DNA of 13,917 nucleotides from a virus (Duplodnaviria; Heunggongvirae; Uroviricota; Caudoviricetes): IMG/VR virus record IMGVR_UViG_2751185972_000005; one strand, 5' to 3'. Shown piece by piece: positions 1 to 8,634 of this stretch (position 1 is its first letter; each line of letters starts with the position of its first letter). The notes under the pieces were generated by a model. It saw only the letters and a program-made list of their open reading frames with translations, ran no database searches and was not told where the DNA came from. The position numbers and the translations under genes were made by a program.

Positions 1-217
1 CACCGGGATGACTGTGGACCAGTGCCACAATCTCCCCCTGCATCTCTGCCCGCAGCCAGTCTTCCGGTGCGATACGAAAATACGCCTCCGGCTCTGCAGA
101 AATATTCACACAAGGGATATACCGCTCCCCCTCCGGCGTTCTCACCACGAAGCCACACGACTCCGCTGGCGCACATCGCCGGGCGTGCGCCAGAATCGCT
201 GATTCTGTCTGTGTCAT
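1..217 (-). CDS. K: Tail assembly protein K (lambda gpK-like); 5' portion only, 3' end lies beyond window start
   Basis: Reverse-strand translation from the ATG at 215-217 gives MTQTESAILAHARRCAPAESCGFVVRTPEGERYIPCVNISAEPEAYFRIAPEDWLRAEMQGEIVALVHSHPG, near-identical to the lambda K N-terminus as recalled, including the HSHP JAMM-type motif. Start lies 5 nt downstream of the L stop (222-224). Antisense to plus-strand track ORFs 8..202 and 22..228. Confidence 0.9.
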   Translation of the reverse strand, partial: MTQTESAILAHARRCAPAESCGFVVRTPEGERYIPCVNISAEPEAYFRIAPEDWLRAEMQGEIVALVHSHPG

Positions 218-221
218 GGAT

Positions 222-921
222 TTACTGAGAAAGTTTATTGATGGAAAGGAAACCGCCGAAATTACCGGTATTGTTGCGCAACTCACACCCGCGCATACAC
301 TTGCTGCATTTGTCCTTCCGGATATCCGTCGTTGGTTTGTCGAACTCGTCAGCCACTGCCCTGCCCGTGTAACCACACTCATCAGAACGGTAGGTCCACA
401 TACAGGTATTCGCCAGCATGATACGCCCCGGGAAAACCGCGCCATCCGTCTCCGTTGGTGTGGCCAGCACAAAAGAGGCACTGACCGCGCTCAGTTCGCT
501 GCACTGCTCGATGCGCCAGCGGCTGATCACCTCCTGCTCCGGATCGGCGTCACTGTTTCCGTTGACGAAGTTCACCGCATCCAGAAAACGGGCGTAAACC
601 TTACGCCGGACCACCGTTCCGCCGACCAGACTCTGCAGATCTTCCGCCATCCCGGCGACCATACCGTACAGGTTAGAAACCGTCAGCGTGGGGCGCGTAC
701 TGGTGCCTTTGCCATTCAGTTCAAAACCACTCCCCCTGAATGGGATACGGCTGATACTGTCGCCCCTGCCAGGTGACCGGCTCACCTTTTTCGTTCTGCT
801 CATTACAGAAAAAATAACGTTCTCCACCGACCTCTGTCAGGTCGATTTCCCAGAGCACCACGCTGGCCGACTGCTCCGCACGGGTGCATTCATTCAGTGT
901 TTCCTGCCGGATATCCTGCAT
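222..921 (-). pseudogene. L: Minor tail protein L (lambda gpL-like), reading frame broken by a +1 insertion in a C5 run (top strand 732-736)
   Basis: Track ORF 721..921 (66 aa, MQDIRQETLNECTRAEQSASVVLWEIDLTEVGGERYFFCNEQNEKGEPVTWQGRQYQPYPIQG then EWF-stop) matches the gpL N-terminus. Track ORF 222..827 carries the rest from GSGFELNGKGTSTRPTLTVSNLYGMV to INKLSQ in a different frame. Minus-strand CAGGGGGAGTGG has five G where four would give IQGSGFELNG. Confidence 0.85.
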
Positions 922-1250
922 CAGTTCACCACCTGTTCAAACTCTGCGCTGAACTCAACACGCAGCATACTGACCCGCGACGACCATTTTGCGCAGGTCA
1001 CCTTTATCTGCCGCCACTCATAAGGCGGCGTCCACAGAAAGGATTTCCAGCCCCCGTGCTCAGCCAGAAACGACTCAAGCGCCGTGGCCTCCCAACGGGG
1101 AACAGAAAGCGTCACGCTGTACGTTTTCAGGTCGGCATTCAGCCCGGCAGGCGCTCGCTGGGAATAGCCATCACCAAAGCGCACTTTCCTGACGGAAGGG
1201 GCTGAAGCCACATCCATACCGGGTTTCACTTTCCAGTGGAAGGTCTTCAT
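921..1250 (-). CDS. M: Tail protein M (lambda gpM-like)
   Basis: Track ORF 921..1250, 109 aa, MKTFHWKVKPGMDVASAPSVRKVRFGDGYSQRAPAGLN...RVEFSAEFEQVVN, near-identical in sequence and length to lambda gpM as recalled. Overlaps the H stop and the L start. Confidence 0.95.
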   Translation of the reverse strand: MKTFHWKVKPGMDVASAPSVRKVRFGDGYSQRAPAGLNADLKTYSVTLSVPRWEATALESFLAEHGGWKSFLWTPPYEWRQIKVTCAKWSSRVSMLRVEFSAEFEQVVN

Positions 1251-3818
1251 CGTCCACCTCCGGAGAACAGACCACCATCGCGCATCTGTGCCTGAATTTC
1301 ATCACGGGCACCCTTGCGGGCCATGTCATACACTGCCTTCAGCATCTGTGGACCTGGCAGACCATTCGTACCGTCGTTCTGAATCACCACGTTGTTGTTC
1401 TGCTCAAATCTGATACCCTCTGAACGCCGCATTTGCGCCGGACTTCCGGTGCCACCGACATAACCGCCGGTGGCATAGCCGCGCATCAGCCGGTAAAGAT
1501 TTCCCACGCCAATCCGGCTGGTCGCCTCCTTCGTGAAGACAAACTCCCCGCGATGAACAATCCCCGCAGGTTCATATTTCCCCCCCGTCCCCGTAAATCC
1601 CCCGGTCGCGAAATGGAAGTTCGCGCCGCAGCCTGAATGGCCGTCCCCGTGGAGGCAGACGCACCACCACCGAAAGCACCGCCAATGGCGCTGCCGATAC
1701 TCCCGACTATCCCCACCATCGCCTGCTTCAGAAAAATCTCTGTCAGCATGGACAGCACAGAACGGGTGAAACCACGCCAGTTCTGTTCGCTGCCGGTCAG
1801 CATCGCCGCCATATTCTGTGCAATACCGTCAAAGGTCTGCGTGGCCGCGTTTTTAACCTGCGAAAAACTGTCCGTCGCACTTTCCGCCCACTCGCCCCAG
1901 CCGGACTTCATCCCGGCCATCCAGCTTCCACGAAGCTGCTCCTCCGCAGACCAGGTGTTCTTCAGTGCAGATGTGGCCTTCGCCAGCGCAGCCGGATTAT
2001 CACCGTACACCTCACGAAGGCGCTGCTCTTCCGACTCCCGCTGCGCCTGACGGTCAGTGAGGCCGCGGGCTTTTGCGCTGATTGCCGCCTGCTTCGCGCT
2101 CTGCTGCTGTTCAAACCGCGCCGCCTGCTGTGCCAGCTCATTCAGCCGCTTCTGGTGTTCAATCTTGTCTCCCAGCTCAGCCAGCTGCGTTTGTACTCCA
2201 GCGTCTCTTTCTCATGAGCCAGCAGGGATTTTTCCTGCTCAGATAACTGCCGTTTCGTGGCGGCCTCTTTCAGGACCACATACTGATTTTCCGCTTCCCA
2301 TAAATCCCGGCGCTGCTGGCTGATTTTCTCATTCACACCGCTGTGTTTTTCCAGCGTCCTGAGCTCGGTTTCAAGCGCCAGCATGGCTGCATGCGCCCGG
2401 TCTTCCTGGCGCTCACCGGCAGACACCTTCACACCTGACGGCTTTTTCAGCGTCGATTCATAATCCTTTTTTGCCGACGCCATCAGCGTGTTGTAATCCG
2501 CCTGCAGGATTTTTCCGTCTTTCAGGGCCTTATTCAGCTCTTTCTGACGGGCGGTATATTTATCCAGCGGCGTCTGCAGGCGCTCATACGCCTTCTGCGC
2601 CTCTCCGGTATACTTCAGCTGTGACGCCTCACGCTCAGCCCGGTCCCTTGCCGCCAGTTCACCGGCTTTTTCCATATCCGACTGCAGCGTGGCCGCTGCC
2701 AGACCCAGACGGGCATTTTCCCGGTCATCCCATGCCCCCTGAAGGTTCGCACGAAAAGAGGAGGTCTTTCCCCGGCGCTGGCTCCGACTCTGGTACCACT
2801 GCCATTTTTTATCCGCCTCATCAAATGCCTTCTGCGCACTGGCGAGCATATCCGCTGAGGATTCAGGACGACCGATATCCAGAATGGCATCCCACATCGA
2901 TTTGAATGCCTTCCCTGTTTTATCCGCCCAGGTCTCCAGTGTTCCCATGTTTTCTTTCAGGCGACGGGTCTGCTCATCAAAGCCTTTCGTGGCGATATCG
3001 TTCGCCGCCTGCAATGCCCCGGCCTCGTCTCCGGAACGCTGCAGCTGTGCAACATACGCAATCTGCTCTGCCGTCACGTTACGGAACTGGCGCGCCATCG
3101 CCATCAGTCCCGACGTCGGGTCAGTGGTCAGCTTCCCGAAGGCTTCAGCGACTTTATCCACCTCCACACCGGATGCAGACGCAAAACGCGCGACACTCTG
3201 GTTGATGGCATCAAACTGTTCACCACCACGCACACCGGCATTCACCAGGGCTGCCAGTGACTCTCTCGCCTGGTTAAACGTCAGCCCTGCTGCCTGCCCG
3301 GCTCTTGAGAGAGTCAGCATACGATCGGCAGTCAGTCCGGACTGATTACCGGAAAGAACCAGGGTTTTATTAAACGCTGAAAGCGTGGAATCTCCCTGGT
3401 ACCAGGCGTACACCAGCGCACCTGTCGCCACCGCCAGCGAGGTGACCCCGACCATCGGCAGGGTGATCGCACCGGCAAGCCCCCTGAACATGGGGATCAT
3501 CCCGCCGAAGGAGTCCTTCACCTGACCGCCCTGTTGCAGCAGGATCAGCCAGGGATTCTGACCACCTGCAAGCTGCGTGGCGATATCCGTAAACTGTGCG
3601 GGCAGGGTTCGCATGGCCGCTTTATACTGCCCGACGGAAATCCCGGCTTTTTGTGCAGCCAGCGCCTGGCGGCTCAGGCCCTGTTCAACAGCACTGGCGG
3701 TTTTTCTGGCGTCGGTATCCAGACCTGAAAAATGACGCCTTACCCGGCTCATCTGCTCATCGAAACGGACAGCATCCAGACTCAGGTCAATAACAAGATC
3801 ACCAACCGGCTGGGACAT
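1247..3818 (-). pseudogene. H: Tail tape measure protein H (lambda gpH-like), split into three frames by two apparent 1-nt deletions (about 2187-2189 and 1622-1629)
   Basis: Track ORFs 2142..3818 (558 aa, MSQPVGDLVIDLSLDAVRFDEQ...), 1486..2010 (YGDNPAALAKATSALKNTWSAEEQLRGSWMAGMKSGW...) and 1247..1507 (GNLYRLMRGYATGGYVG...RDGGLFSGGGR) are collinear with lambda gpH N-terminal, middle and C-terminal parts. Manual translation shows homology continuing in the adjacent frame across each break (QLAELGDKIEHQKRLNELAQQ... after LEYKR; NFHFATGGFTGTGGKYEPAGIVHRGEFVFTKEATSRIGVGNLYRLM after AIQAAA). Total length about 856 codons, against about 853 for lambda H. Confidence 0.88.
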
Positions 3819-4670
3819 ATCTCACACCTCCCGGAATCCCCGCTGAAGCCATCATTAATGCGGCATCATCCACCATGACATCCGCCACATCCGCAGACGA
3901 TAAAATATCGCGCCCTCCGTCCCCACCGAACCGGACGCCTCCGGCAAGTCCTGCCGCTTTCTGCATCAGCATTTTGTCCTCATCCGGCCTCTCCACCTGC
4001 TCTTCCTCATGCCGGGAGACAAGCAGACTGAAATCAGAGGGATGCATATCCGGATCGCAAAAAAACAGGCTGAGTACAGCGTACGTCAGCCCGGAAAAAT
4101 GCATATCCAGCTGGGTATCCTGAAAATAATGCGTGCGGTAAAAACGGTGCCAGTCGGCATATTCGGTGGATGTCATCCCGGCAAGCATGGCGCGCCAGTC
4201 GGGTCTCCCCATCTCACGCGCCAGTCTGAGGGCAAAGTTCAGCTCGCCGTCGAAGACTTTCCCGCAGAAAAATCATCATCAGTCAGCGTGTTATTTTTCG
4301 CCACTTCAGTAATATCAGTATCCGGACGAACAGCTTCGATCATCCCGGACAGGCACAACACCACGTCTTCCGCCCGGGCAATGGCATCGGCAGGCCAGGT
4401 GGTGAGCACTTCCTGCTCTATCTTCATCACGGCCTCATTCATTGACGGTGACTGCGTTTTCTGTGGATGGTTATGCCACAGGGACATCGCCACCAGAAAC
4501 GCGCCGGTTCTGACGAGATCTTCCACGCTTACCTGCAGGTTGCCGCAGGATTCTGCCTGTTCTGCACGCCGTTTCAGGAGGGCAAGATGCTCGATACGCT
4601 GCAGCGCAGACAATTCGGAAAGCGTGACAGACACACCGTTATATTCAAATTGTTCTGTTTTCAGAAACAT
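3799..4670 (-). CDS. T: Tail assembly chaperone G-T fusion (lambda gpGT-like) made by -1 programmed ribosomal frameshift at GGGAAAG
   Basis: The -1 frame read from the slippery heptamer (minus strand GGGAAAG, top 4257-4263) gives GKVFDGELNFALRLAREMGRPDWRAMLAGMTSTEYADWHRFYRTHYF..., running into track ORF 3799..4212 and matching the lambda T region as recalled. T has no independent start. Confidence 0.85.
4239..4670 (-). CDS. G: Tail assembly chaperone G (lambda gpG-like)
   Basis: Track ORF 4239..4670, 143 aa, MFLKTEQFEYNGVSVTLSELSALQRIEHLALLKRRAEQAES...LWHNHPQKTQSPSMNEA..., close match to lambda gpG. Ends ...DDDFSAGKSSTAS with the slippery GCG GGA AAG inside. Confidence 0.92.
   Translation of the reverse strand: MFLKTEQFEYNGVSVTLSELSALQRIEHLALLKRRAEQAESCGNLQVSVEDLVRTGAFLVAMSLWHNHPQKTQSPSMNEAVMKIEQEVLTTWPADAIARAEDVVLCLSGMIEAVRPDTDITEVAKNNTLTDDDFSAGKSSTAS
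4257..4263 (-). other. Programmed -1 ribosomal frameshift slippery heptamer G GGA AAG (G to G-T)
   Basis: Top strand ctttccc at 4257-4263 is GGGAAAG on the minus strand, in frame as G-GGA-AAG within G, at the conserved lambda G/T position. The -1 frame downstream is open and T-like. Confidence 0.8.
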
Positions 4671-4683
4671 GTATTACCTCCGT

Positions 4684-5436
4684 TTACCCTGCAGCGCCCG
4701 CTTCAGTAACGGTGACTTCAGCCACTGCGGCGAACTGACCATTTCCGCTCACCACAGGGATCTGCACCTTACCTGTCGCCACGCCGTTTACCGTAATTGT
4801 CATATCTTTCACACTAATGGTGGCTTTCGACGGATCGGCGGAAACCGCTCTGAACGTCTTGTCGGTTGCACTTTCCGGCTCAAAAGAAACCGTCAGGGTG
4901 GTTGTTTTCCCTTTTGCCACCGTACCGGATGTCGGCGTCACCTTAATCGCACTGACCGGCGTAATTTTGCTGCGTTCTTCCGCTACAGAAGGTTTACCCA
5001 CGTTAGTGACTTTCACCGTGCGGGTGATCACTTCTTTCGCCGTCACGGCCTTACCGATACTGCTGACCCAGCCACGAAACACATCCACCGTGCCATTCGG
5101 AAAACGGATTTTATAGGCCCGGACATCGCCGCTTTCAAACCAGCCTATAAGCCCTTTCTGGCCTTCCTCTCCCGGTTTCCAGGCCAGCGTAAAACTGGTA
5201 TCACCTGCAGATTTCTGCCCCTGCCCGGTCGCGGTCCAGTCCGCGTCTTCATCATCCAGGTAGTTATCATCGTAGGATTCTGCCGTCATCTCGCCCGGCG
5301 TCAGATCCTTCACCTTAGCCAGTCGCTGCCAGTCATCGTCTGACAACGGGTTTGCATAAGCATCACCCTTGCCGTTGTAAACCCACAGAGTGGTACCGGC
5401 ACCTTTTACCGGCTCAAGGGGATTTGGTGTTGCCAT
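4684..5436 (-). CDS. V: Major tail tube protein V (lambda gpV-like)
   Basis: Track ORF 4684..5436, 250 aa, [86 protein letters not shown]..., strong match to lambda gpV including the C-terminal Ig-like region. Confidence 0.95.
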   Translation of the reverse strand: MATPNPLEPVKGAGTTLWVYNGKGDAYANPLSDDDWQRLAKVKDLTPGEMTAESYDDNYLDDEDADWTATGQGQKSAGDTSFTLAWKPGEEGQKGLIGWFESGDVRAYKIRFPNGTVDVFRGWVSSIGKAVTAKEVITRTVKVTNVGKPSVAEERSKITPVSAIKVTPTSGTVAKGKTTTLTVSFEPESATDKTFRAVSADPSKATISVKDMTITVNGVATGKVQIPVVSGNGQFAAVAEVTVTEAGAAG

Positions 5437-5443
5437 ATCGTCC

Positions 5444-5839
5444 TCACATCTCGTATGTAATGGAATAAGTCAGATCTGCAGAACTCCATAACGCCATATC
5501 GTCATCACGACGATACTCATAGCCCTGCGTAACCATCGTGGTAATCAGTCCTGCCAGTGCCGGGATCGCGGTCATCGCCGGGTAAATCCGGCTTTCCATC
5601 CACTGATCAAGCTCTGAATCCGGTACCTGTGCCGGTAAAAACACCTCAATATGCAGCGTGGCCCGCCAGGTATCTGCATCCAGCTCTTCACCGGTATACT
5701 CTGCATCCGTCAGATAAACCGCGATCGCAGGAAAATCCTCTTCGTCAAAAACAACGGGGCGACCATCAAACAGCGTCGCCCCGTGTTCATGCTGCTCGAG
5801 TGCATCCAGCACTGCGGCACGAATGTCAGTGTGTTTCAT
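5444..5839 (-). CDS. U: Tail terminator protein U (lambda gpU-like)
   Basis: Track ORF 5444..5839, 131 aa, [54 protein letters not shown]...[10 protein letters not shown], near-identical to lambda gpU as recalled. Confidence 0.95.
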   Translation of the reverse strand: MKHTDIRAAVLDALEQHEHGATLFDGRPVVFDEEDFPAIAVYLTDAEYTGEELDADTWRATLHIEVFLPAQVPDSELDQWMESRIYPAMTAIPALAGLITTMVTQGYEYRRDDDMALWSSADLTYSITYEM

Positions 5840-6369
5840 CGTTTTATTGCAATCCTCAGTTGTTGTTTCAGCGCGTATGCCAGTTCTTTAGGCAGGCGTT
5901 CACGCCGGATACGGTCAACATTCTCATCAAATGCCTGTTTCAGTGGGGCCGCCATCGGGATTTTCACCACATCAATGGGGTAACGGTTTTTCCCGGCCAC
6001 ACGCTGCATGACATGCCAGCGACCATTTTTTAATCGCTGAATAAATGCCCGCTGATACCGATGCTGACCGGCTTTAAGTATGCTGTTCGGGCGACGCCCC
6101 AGCATCCTGATCCCCAGCTTAATCACAGGGAGATCACCGCGGTTAACGATAATTCTGGCATTCGGATTTCTGACCGTCGCCCGTTTCAGTCTGGACCGTT
6201 CCTTAACCAGTTTCCGGCGAACCTTTGTCTCCCGGGCAACCTGTGATGAAGACTGATTAATCGCCGTTGTGGCCACGCGGTTAATGGCCATTGCTGAAGC
6301 CGCCGGAATGGCGTTTTTACGAACCCGGCTCAGATTGTCAATCGCCTGATCAAGCCCTTTTATCGCCAT
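5836..6369 (-). CDS. Z: Tail completion protein Z (lambda gpZ-like)
   Basis: Track ORF 5836..6369, 177 aa, MAIKGLDQAIDNLSRVRKNAIPAASAMAINRVATTAINQSSSQVARETKVRRKLVKERSRLKRATV...RWHVMQRVAGKNRYPIDVVKIPMAAPL..., matches lambda gpZ. Overlaps the U start by 4 nt. Confidence 0.9.
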   Translation of the reverse strand: MAIKGLDQAIDNLSRVRKNAIPAASAMAINRVATTAINQSSSQVARETKVRRKLVKERSRLKRATVRNPNARIIVNRGDLPVIKLGIRMLGRRPNSILKAGQHRYQRAFIQRLKNGRWHVMQRVAGKNRYPIDVVKIPMAAPLKQAFDENVDRIRRERLPKELAYALKQQLRIAIKR

Positions 6370-6384
6370 AATTTCACCCTGCGT

Positions 6385-6738
6385 TTATCGTCGCCGGTTA
6401 ACTGCGGGTGGTTGACCACGGTTGAGCCAGAGATAACAGCTGCCCCCGTCATCCGGAGAAACACGATCCACCCAGAATATCTCACCATTAATGGTCAGCG
6501 TGTCACCACGCCGCACGGCACGAACCGTATCCGTCCGCACAAATAATGACGGGCTGCTTCCTTCAATACGGACCCCGCCACCGGCAAACCCCAGCGACTC
6601 CGGATCATCAAAAACCCCCTGAACTTCGCTGCCACACTGTGCCCCCGAGGTGAACTGCGCACAGAGCCCCATCACTTCAACGATCGTACTGTCTACCCCG
6701 GCGAGGGCAGCATCAAAGGCATTCTGAAAATCACGCAT
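6385..6738 (-). CDS. FII: Head-tail joining protein FII (lambda gpFII-like)
   Basis: Track ORF 6385..6738, 117 aa, MRDFQNAFDAALAGVDSTIVEVMGL...GVFDDPESLGFAGGGVRIEGSSPSLFVRTDTVRAVRRGDTLTINGEIFWVDRVSPDDGGSCYLWLNRGQPPAVNRRR, strong match to lambda gpFII. Confidence 0.93.
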   Translation of the reverse strand: MRDFQNAFDAALAGVDSTIVEVMGLCAQFTSGAQCGSEVQGVFDDPESLGFAGGGVRIEGSSPSLFVRTDTVRAVRRGDTLTINGEIFWVDRVSPDDGGSCYLWLNRGQPPAVNRRR

Positions 6739-7114
6739 ATTCAGCCGTTCCGTGCTGTATCATGGCCGTTGCCAGTGATGATGGCACCAGAACACGCATA
6801 CCCCGTAACGCCAGCTCAACGGGACGACCTGTCTCCGGGCAATACCCCATTACTTGCAGGCACTTCCGTACCCGGACGGCTTTAACATCATCCGGAGCAT
6901 CCGTGTTGTTCAACTGCTCACCATCGTCTGTGTGATTTTGATCAGCCCCGCTCTCATCAGAGTGCATAATGCCCTCCGGGGAAACAGCAAGCTCCTCTTC
7001 CCACTCAGACACACGTTGAGCAATATCCGCAGCACTCCCCGACATATCCGCCTCGCGCCCCAGCAGGCCAGCCAGTTGACGAAGACGATTCAGATTTTCT
7101 TCTTTTGTTGCCAT
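6731..7114 (-). CDS. FI: DNA-packaging / head assembly protein FI (lambda gpFI-like), acidic
   Basis: Positional equivalent of FI between E and FII. Track ORF 6731..7162 includes a 16-codon upstream extension; the likely true start is the ATG at 7112-7114 (MATKEENLNRLRQLAGLLG...), preceded by AGGAGG 7 nt upstream and lying after the E-distal hairpin. Assignment is by position, size and composition; sequence similarity to lambda FI from memory is weak. Confidence 0.7.
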   Translation of the reverse strand: MATKEENLNRLRQLAGLLGREADMSGSAADIAQRVSEWEEELAVSPEGIMHSDESGADQNHTDDGEQLNNTDAPDDVKAVRVRKCLQVMGYCPETGRPVELALRGMRVLVPSSLATAMIQHGTAEYA

Positions 7115-7128
7115 CTCAGCCTCCTGTG

Positions 7129-7157
7129 AAAAAAGACACGGGGGCATTTCGCCCCCG
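7129..7157 (-). terminator. Putative rho-independent terminator / mRNA-stabilising hairpin between E and FI
   Basis: Minus strand just after the E stop reads CGGGGGC-GAAAU-GCCCCCG (7-bp GC stem, 5-nt loop) followed by UGUCUUUUUU, then the FI Shine-Dalgarno and start. Confidence 0.5.
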
Positions 7158-7165
7158 CTCACGGA

Positions 7166-8193
7166 TTATTTCACCTGTACCACCACAAACTCATCCGGAT
7201 CCGGCAGCACCATCAGCGGAGCGGACTGCGTCATGGTGAATTCACAGGACGGATCGCCCACGGTCAGCCAGTGTTTCGGGTAACGGGAAGAAGCCACCAC
7301 TCCTTCAGACAACGCCTGTGCATCCTTAATGGCACCATAGCAACGAATCCCCTCTGCCGCCGTATTCCCCAGCACCAGCATGCCCTCCGGCAGATAACGT
7401 TTTTCGGTACCGTCCTCTGCCACATAAGACGTTTTCGCCACCACAATGGCCAGATCGCCGTAATACCCCTTGAAGGACACCACTGCGCCCAGATCTTTCA
7501 CTGCCGTTTCGAGTTGTGAATTTGAGCCGCGACGGGTATCCAGTTTTTCGCGGAACAGCTTAAAGCCATTCAGCAGACGCCAGACCGTACCGTCCATAAT
7601 GGCGATATTCACAAGGCCGCTGGCCTGATCGCAGTAGAGGTCAATATCATGCGTCGGATCAAACGTATCACGTCCTGCTCAGACCATTTTTTACCGTCAG
7701 CCTGCTCAATGTTATTTCCTTCAGAGCGCCCGAAATCCACCTCGACAGTATCAAACTGATCCCCTTCCATGGTGTATTTGCCATACAGCACGGCATTCAC
7801 CGCCTGCATTTCTTCCACCTGGACAATGGCGTGCTCTTCCTGTTTGAGGTTATCGGTAATGATACGCAGACGACGGTAGGCCGGGTCGTTCAGCTGAGCC
7901 GGATCTTCACCAGGAAGGCGCTCAACCGCCTGCTGGTAATTAAATTCGTGTTTGGGCTTGACGTAGCCCGGACGTAACACGCGGGTTTCACCACCGCGAT
8001 GGCGAAGCACTTTTCCTTCAACGATCGGGGAGACATAGGCCGCCACCGGCGTTTTTCCGGTAATTCTGTCCAGCATCACCTCTTCGGTGTGGAAATTCAC
8101 CGTACGGCGGAAAAACAGCTCCAGAAACAGCGCACGAAATTTCACTTTTTGTTCGGTATAACCGAGTAACTGGCGGGTCGTAAACAATCCCAT
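7166..8193 (-). pseudogene. E: Major capsid protein E (lambda gpE-like), split by an apparent 1-nt deletion near 7667-7671
   Basis: Track ORF 7609..8193 (MGLFTTRQLLGYTEQKVKFRALFLELFF...YVSPIVEGKVLRHRGGETRVLRPGYVKPKHE...VEEMQAVNAVLYGKYTMEGDQFDTVEVDFGRSEGNNIEQADGKKWSEQD) matches roughly the first 180 aa of gpE, then runs out of frame to a stop. Track ORF 7166..7612 (NIAIMDGTVWRLLNGFKLFREKLDTRRGSNSQLETAVKDLG...SAPLMVLPDPDEFVVVQVK) matches the remainder. The adjacent frame reads ...RDTFDPTHDIDLYCDQASGLVNIAIMDG, bridging the gap. Combined length 342 codons, as in lambda. Confidence 0.88.
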
Positions 8194-8250
8194 AAATCAG
8201 TTCCTTTCATTCAGAAATCAGTCAGGCCGCCATGGTGGCCTGATAACGTG

Positions 8251-8598
8251 TTACGGCAGAGCCGTGTGACTCAGGGCTGTGCCGGCAAAGGCATTTGCCT
8301 TTTTGTGTTCATCCACACTGTCAGGCCAGCGGATTGCCTCCGTCGCAAAGGTCCCCGACTTGTAATAGGTCAGCACCGTCTCTGTGCCTTCAAGCGGCAG
8401 TACCAGTATGCCAACCGCACTACCGGCTTTCTGTCCATCCCAGACCACCAGTTTCCCGGTGGCTTCATCCAGCATCAGGGGCGTCAGAGCCGGTGTTGCA
8501 GAAGAAATCCCGCTGCTGCCTGTGGCGGTATGAGCCGGATCATTACCGGCAAAAATACGTACTTCCGCACGCTGTTCAGTGATGGTTTTCGTCACCAT
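8251..8598 (-). CDS. D: Head decoration protein D (lambda gpD-like)
   Basis: Track ORF 8251..8598, 115 aa, with ...NDPAHTATGSSGISSATPALTPLMLDEATGKLVVWDGQKAGSAVGILVLPLEGTETVLTYYKSGTFATEAIRWPDSVDEHKKANAFAGTALSHTALP, clear match to lambda gpD. Confidence 0.93.
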   Translation of the reverse strand: MVTKTITEQRAEVRIFAGNDPAHTATGSSGISSATPALTPLMLDEATGKLVVWDGQKAGSAVGILVLPLEGTETVLTYYKSGTFATEAIRWPDSVDEHKKANAFAGTALSHTALP

Positions 8599-8634
8599 TT
8601 TGTTAAAACCTCATATTGATGGTCAGCACTGACT

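Noticed and set aside
216-776. Plus-strand ORF (186 aa) overlapping gene L, and plus-strand ORFs 8..202 and 22..228 overlapping K
   Set aside because: Antisense to conserved gpL and gpK coding sequence. No homology recognised; composition is typical of antisense artefacts.
1486-2010. Treating the three H fragments (and two E fragments, two L fragments) as separate genes
   Set aside because: Homology to single lambda proteins runs continuously across the fragment boundaries in adjacent frames. They are pieces of one gene interrupted by 1-nt indels, not independent CDSs.
4009-5343. Long plus-strand ORF (444 aa) spanning the G and V region
   Set aside because: It is antisense to two strongly conserved lambda genes (G, V) whose minus-strand frames match known proteins closely. 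Its translation is low-complexity and rich in Arg, Cys and His, typical of spurious antisense ORFs in GC-rich coding DNA. No RBS or recognisable motifs.
7115-7162. N-terminal extension of FI (MSGGEMPPCLFSQEAE...) as given by the track ORF starting at 7162
   Set aside because: The extension would overlap the terminator-like hairpin and lacks an RBS, whereas the internal ATG at 7112-7114 is preceded by AGGAGG at ideal spacing. The shorter ORF is preferred.
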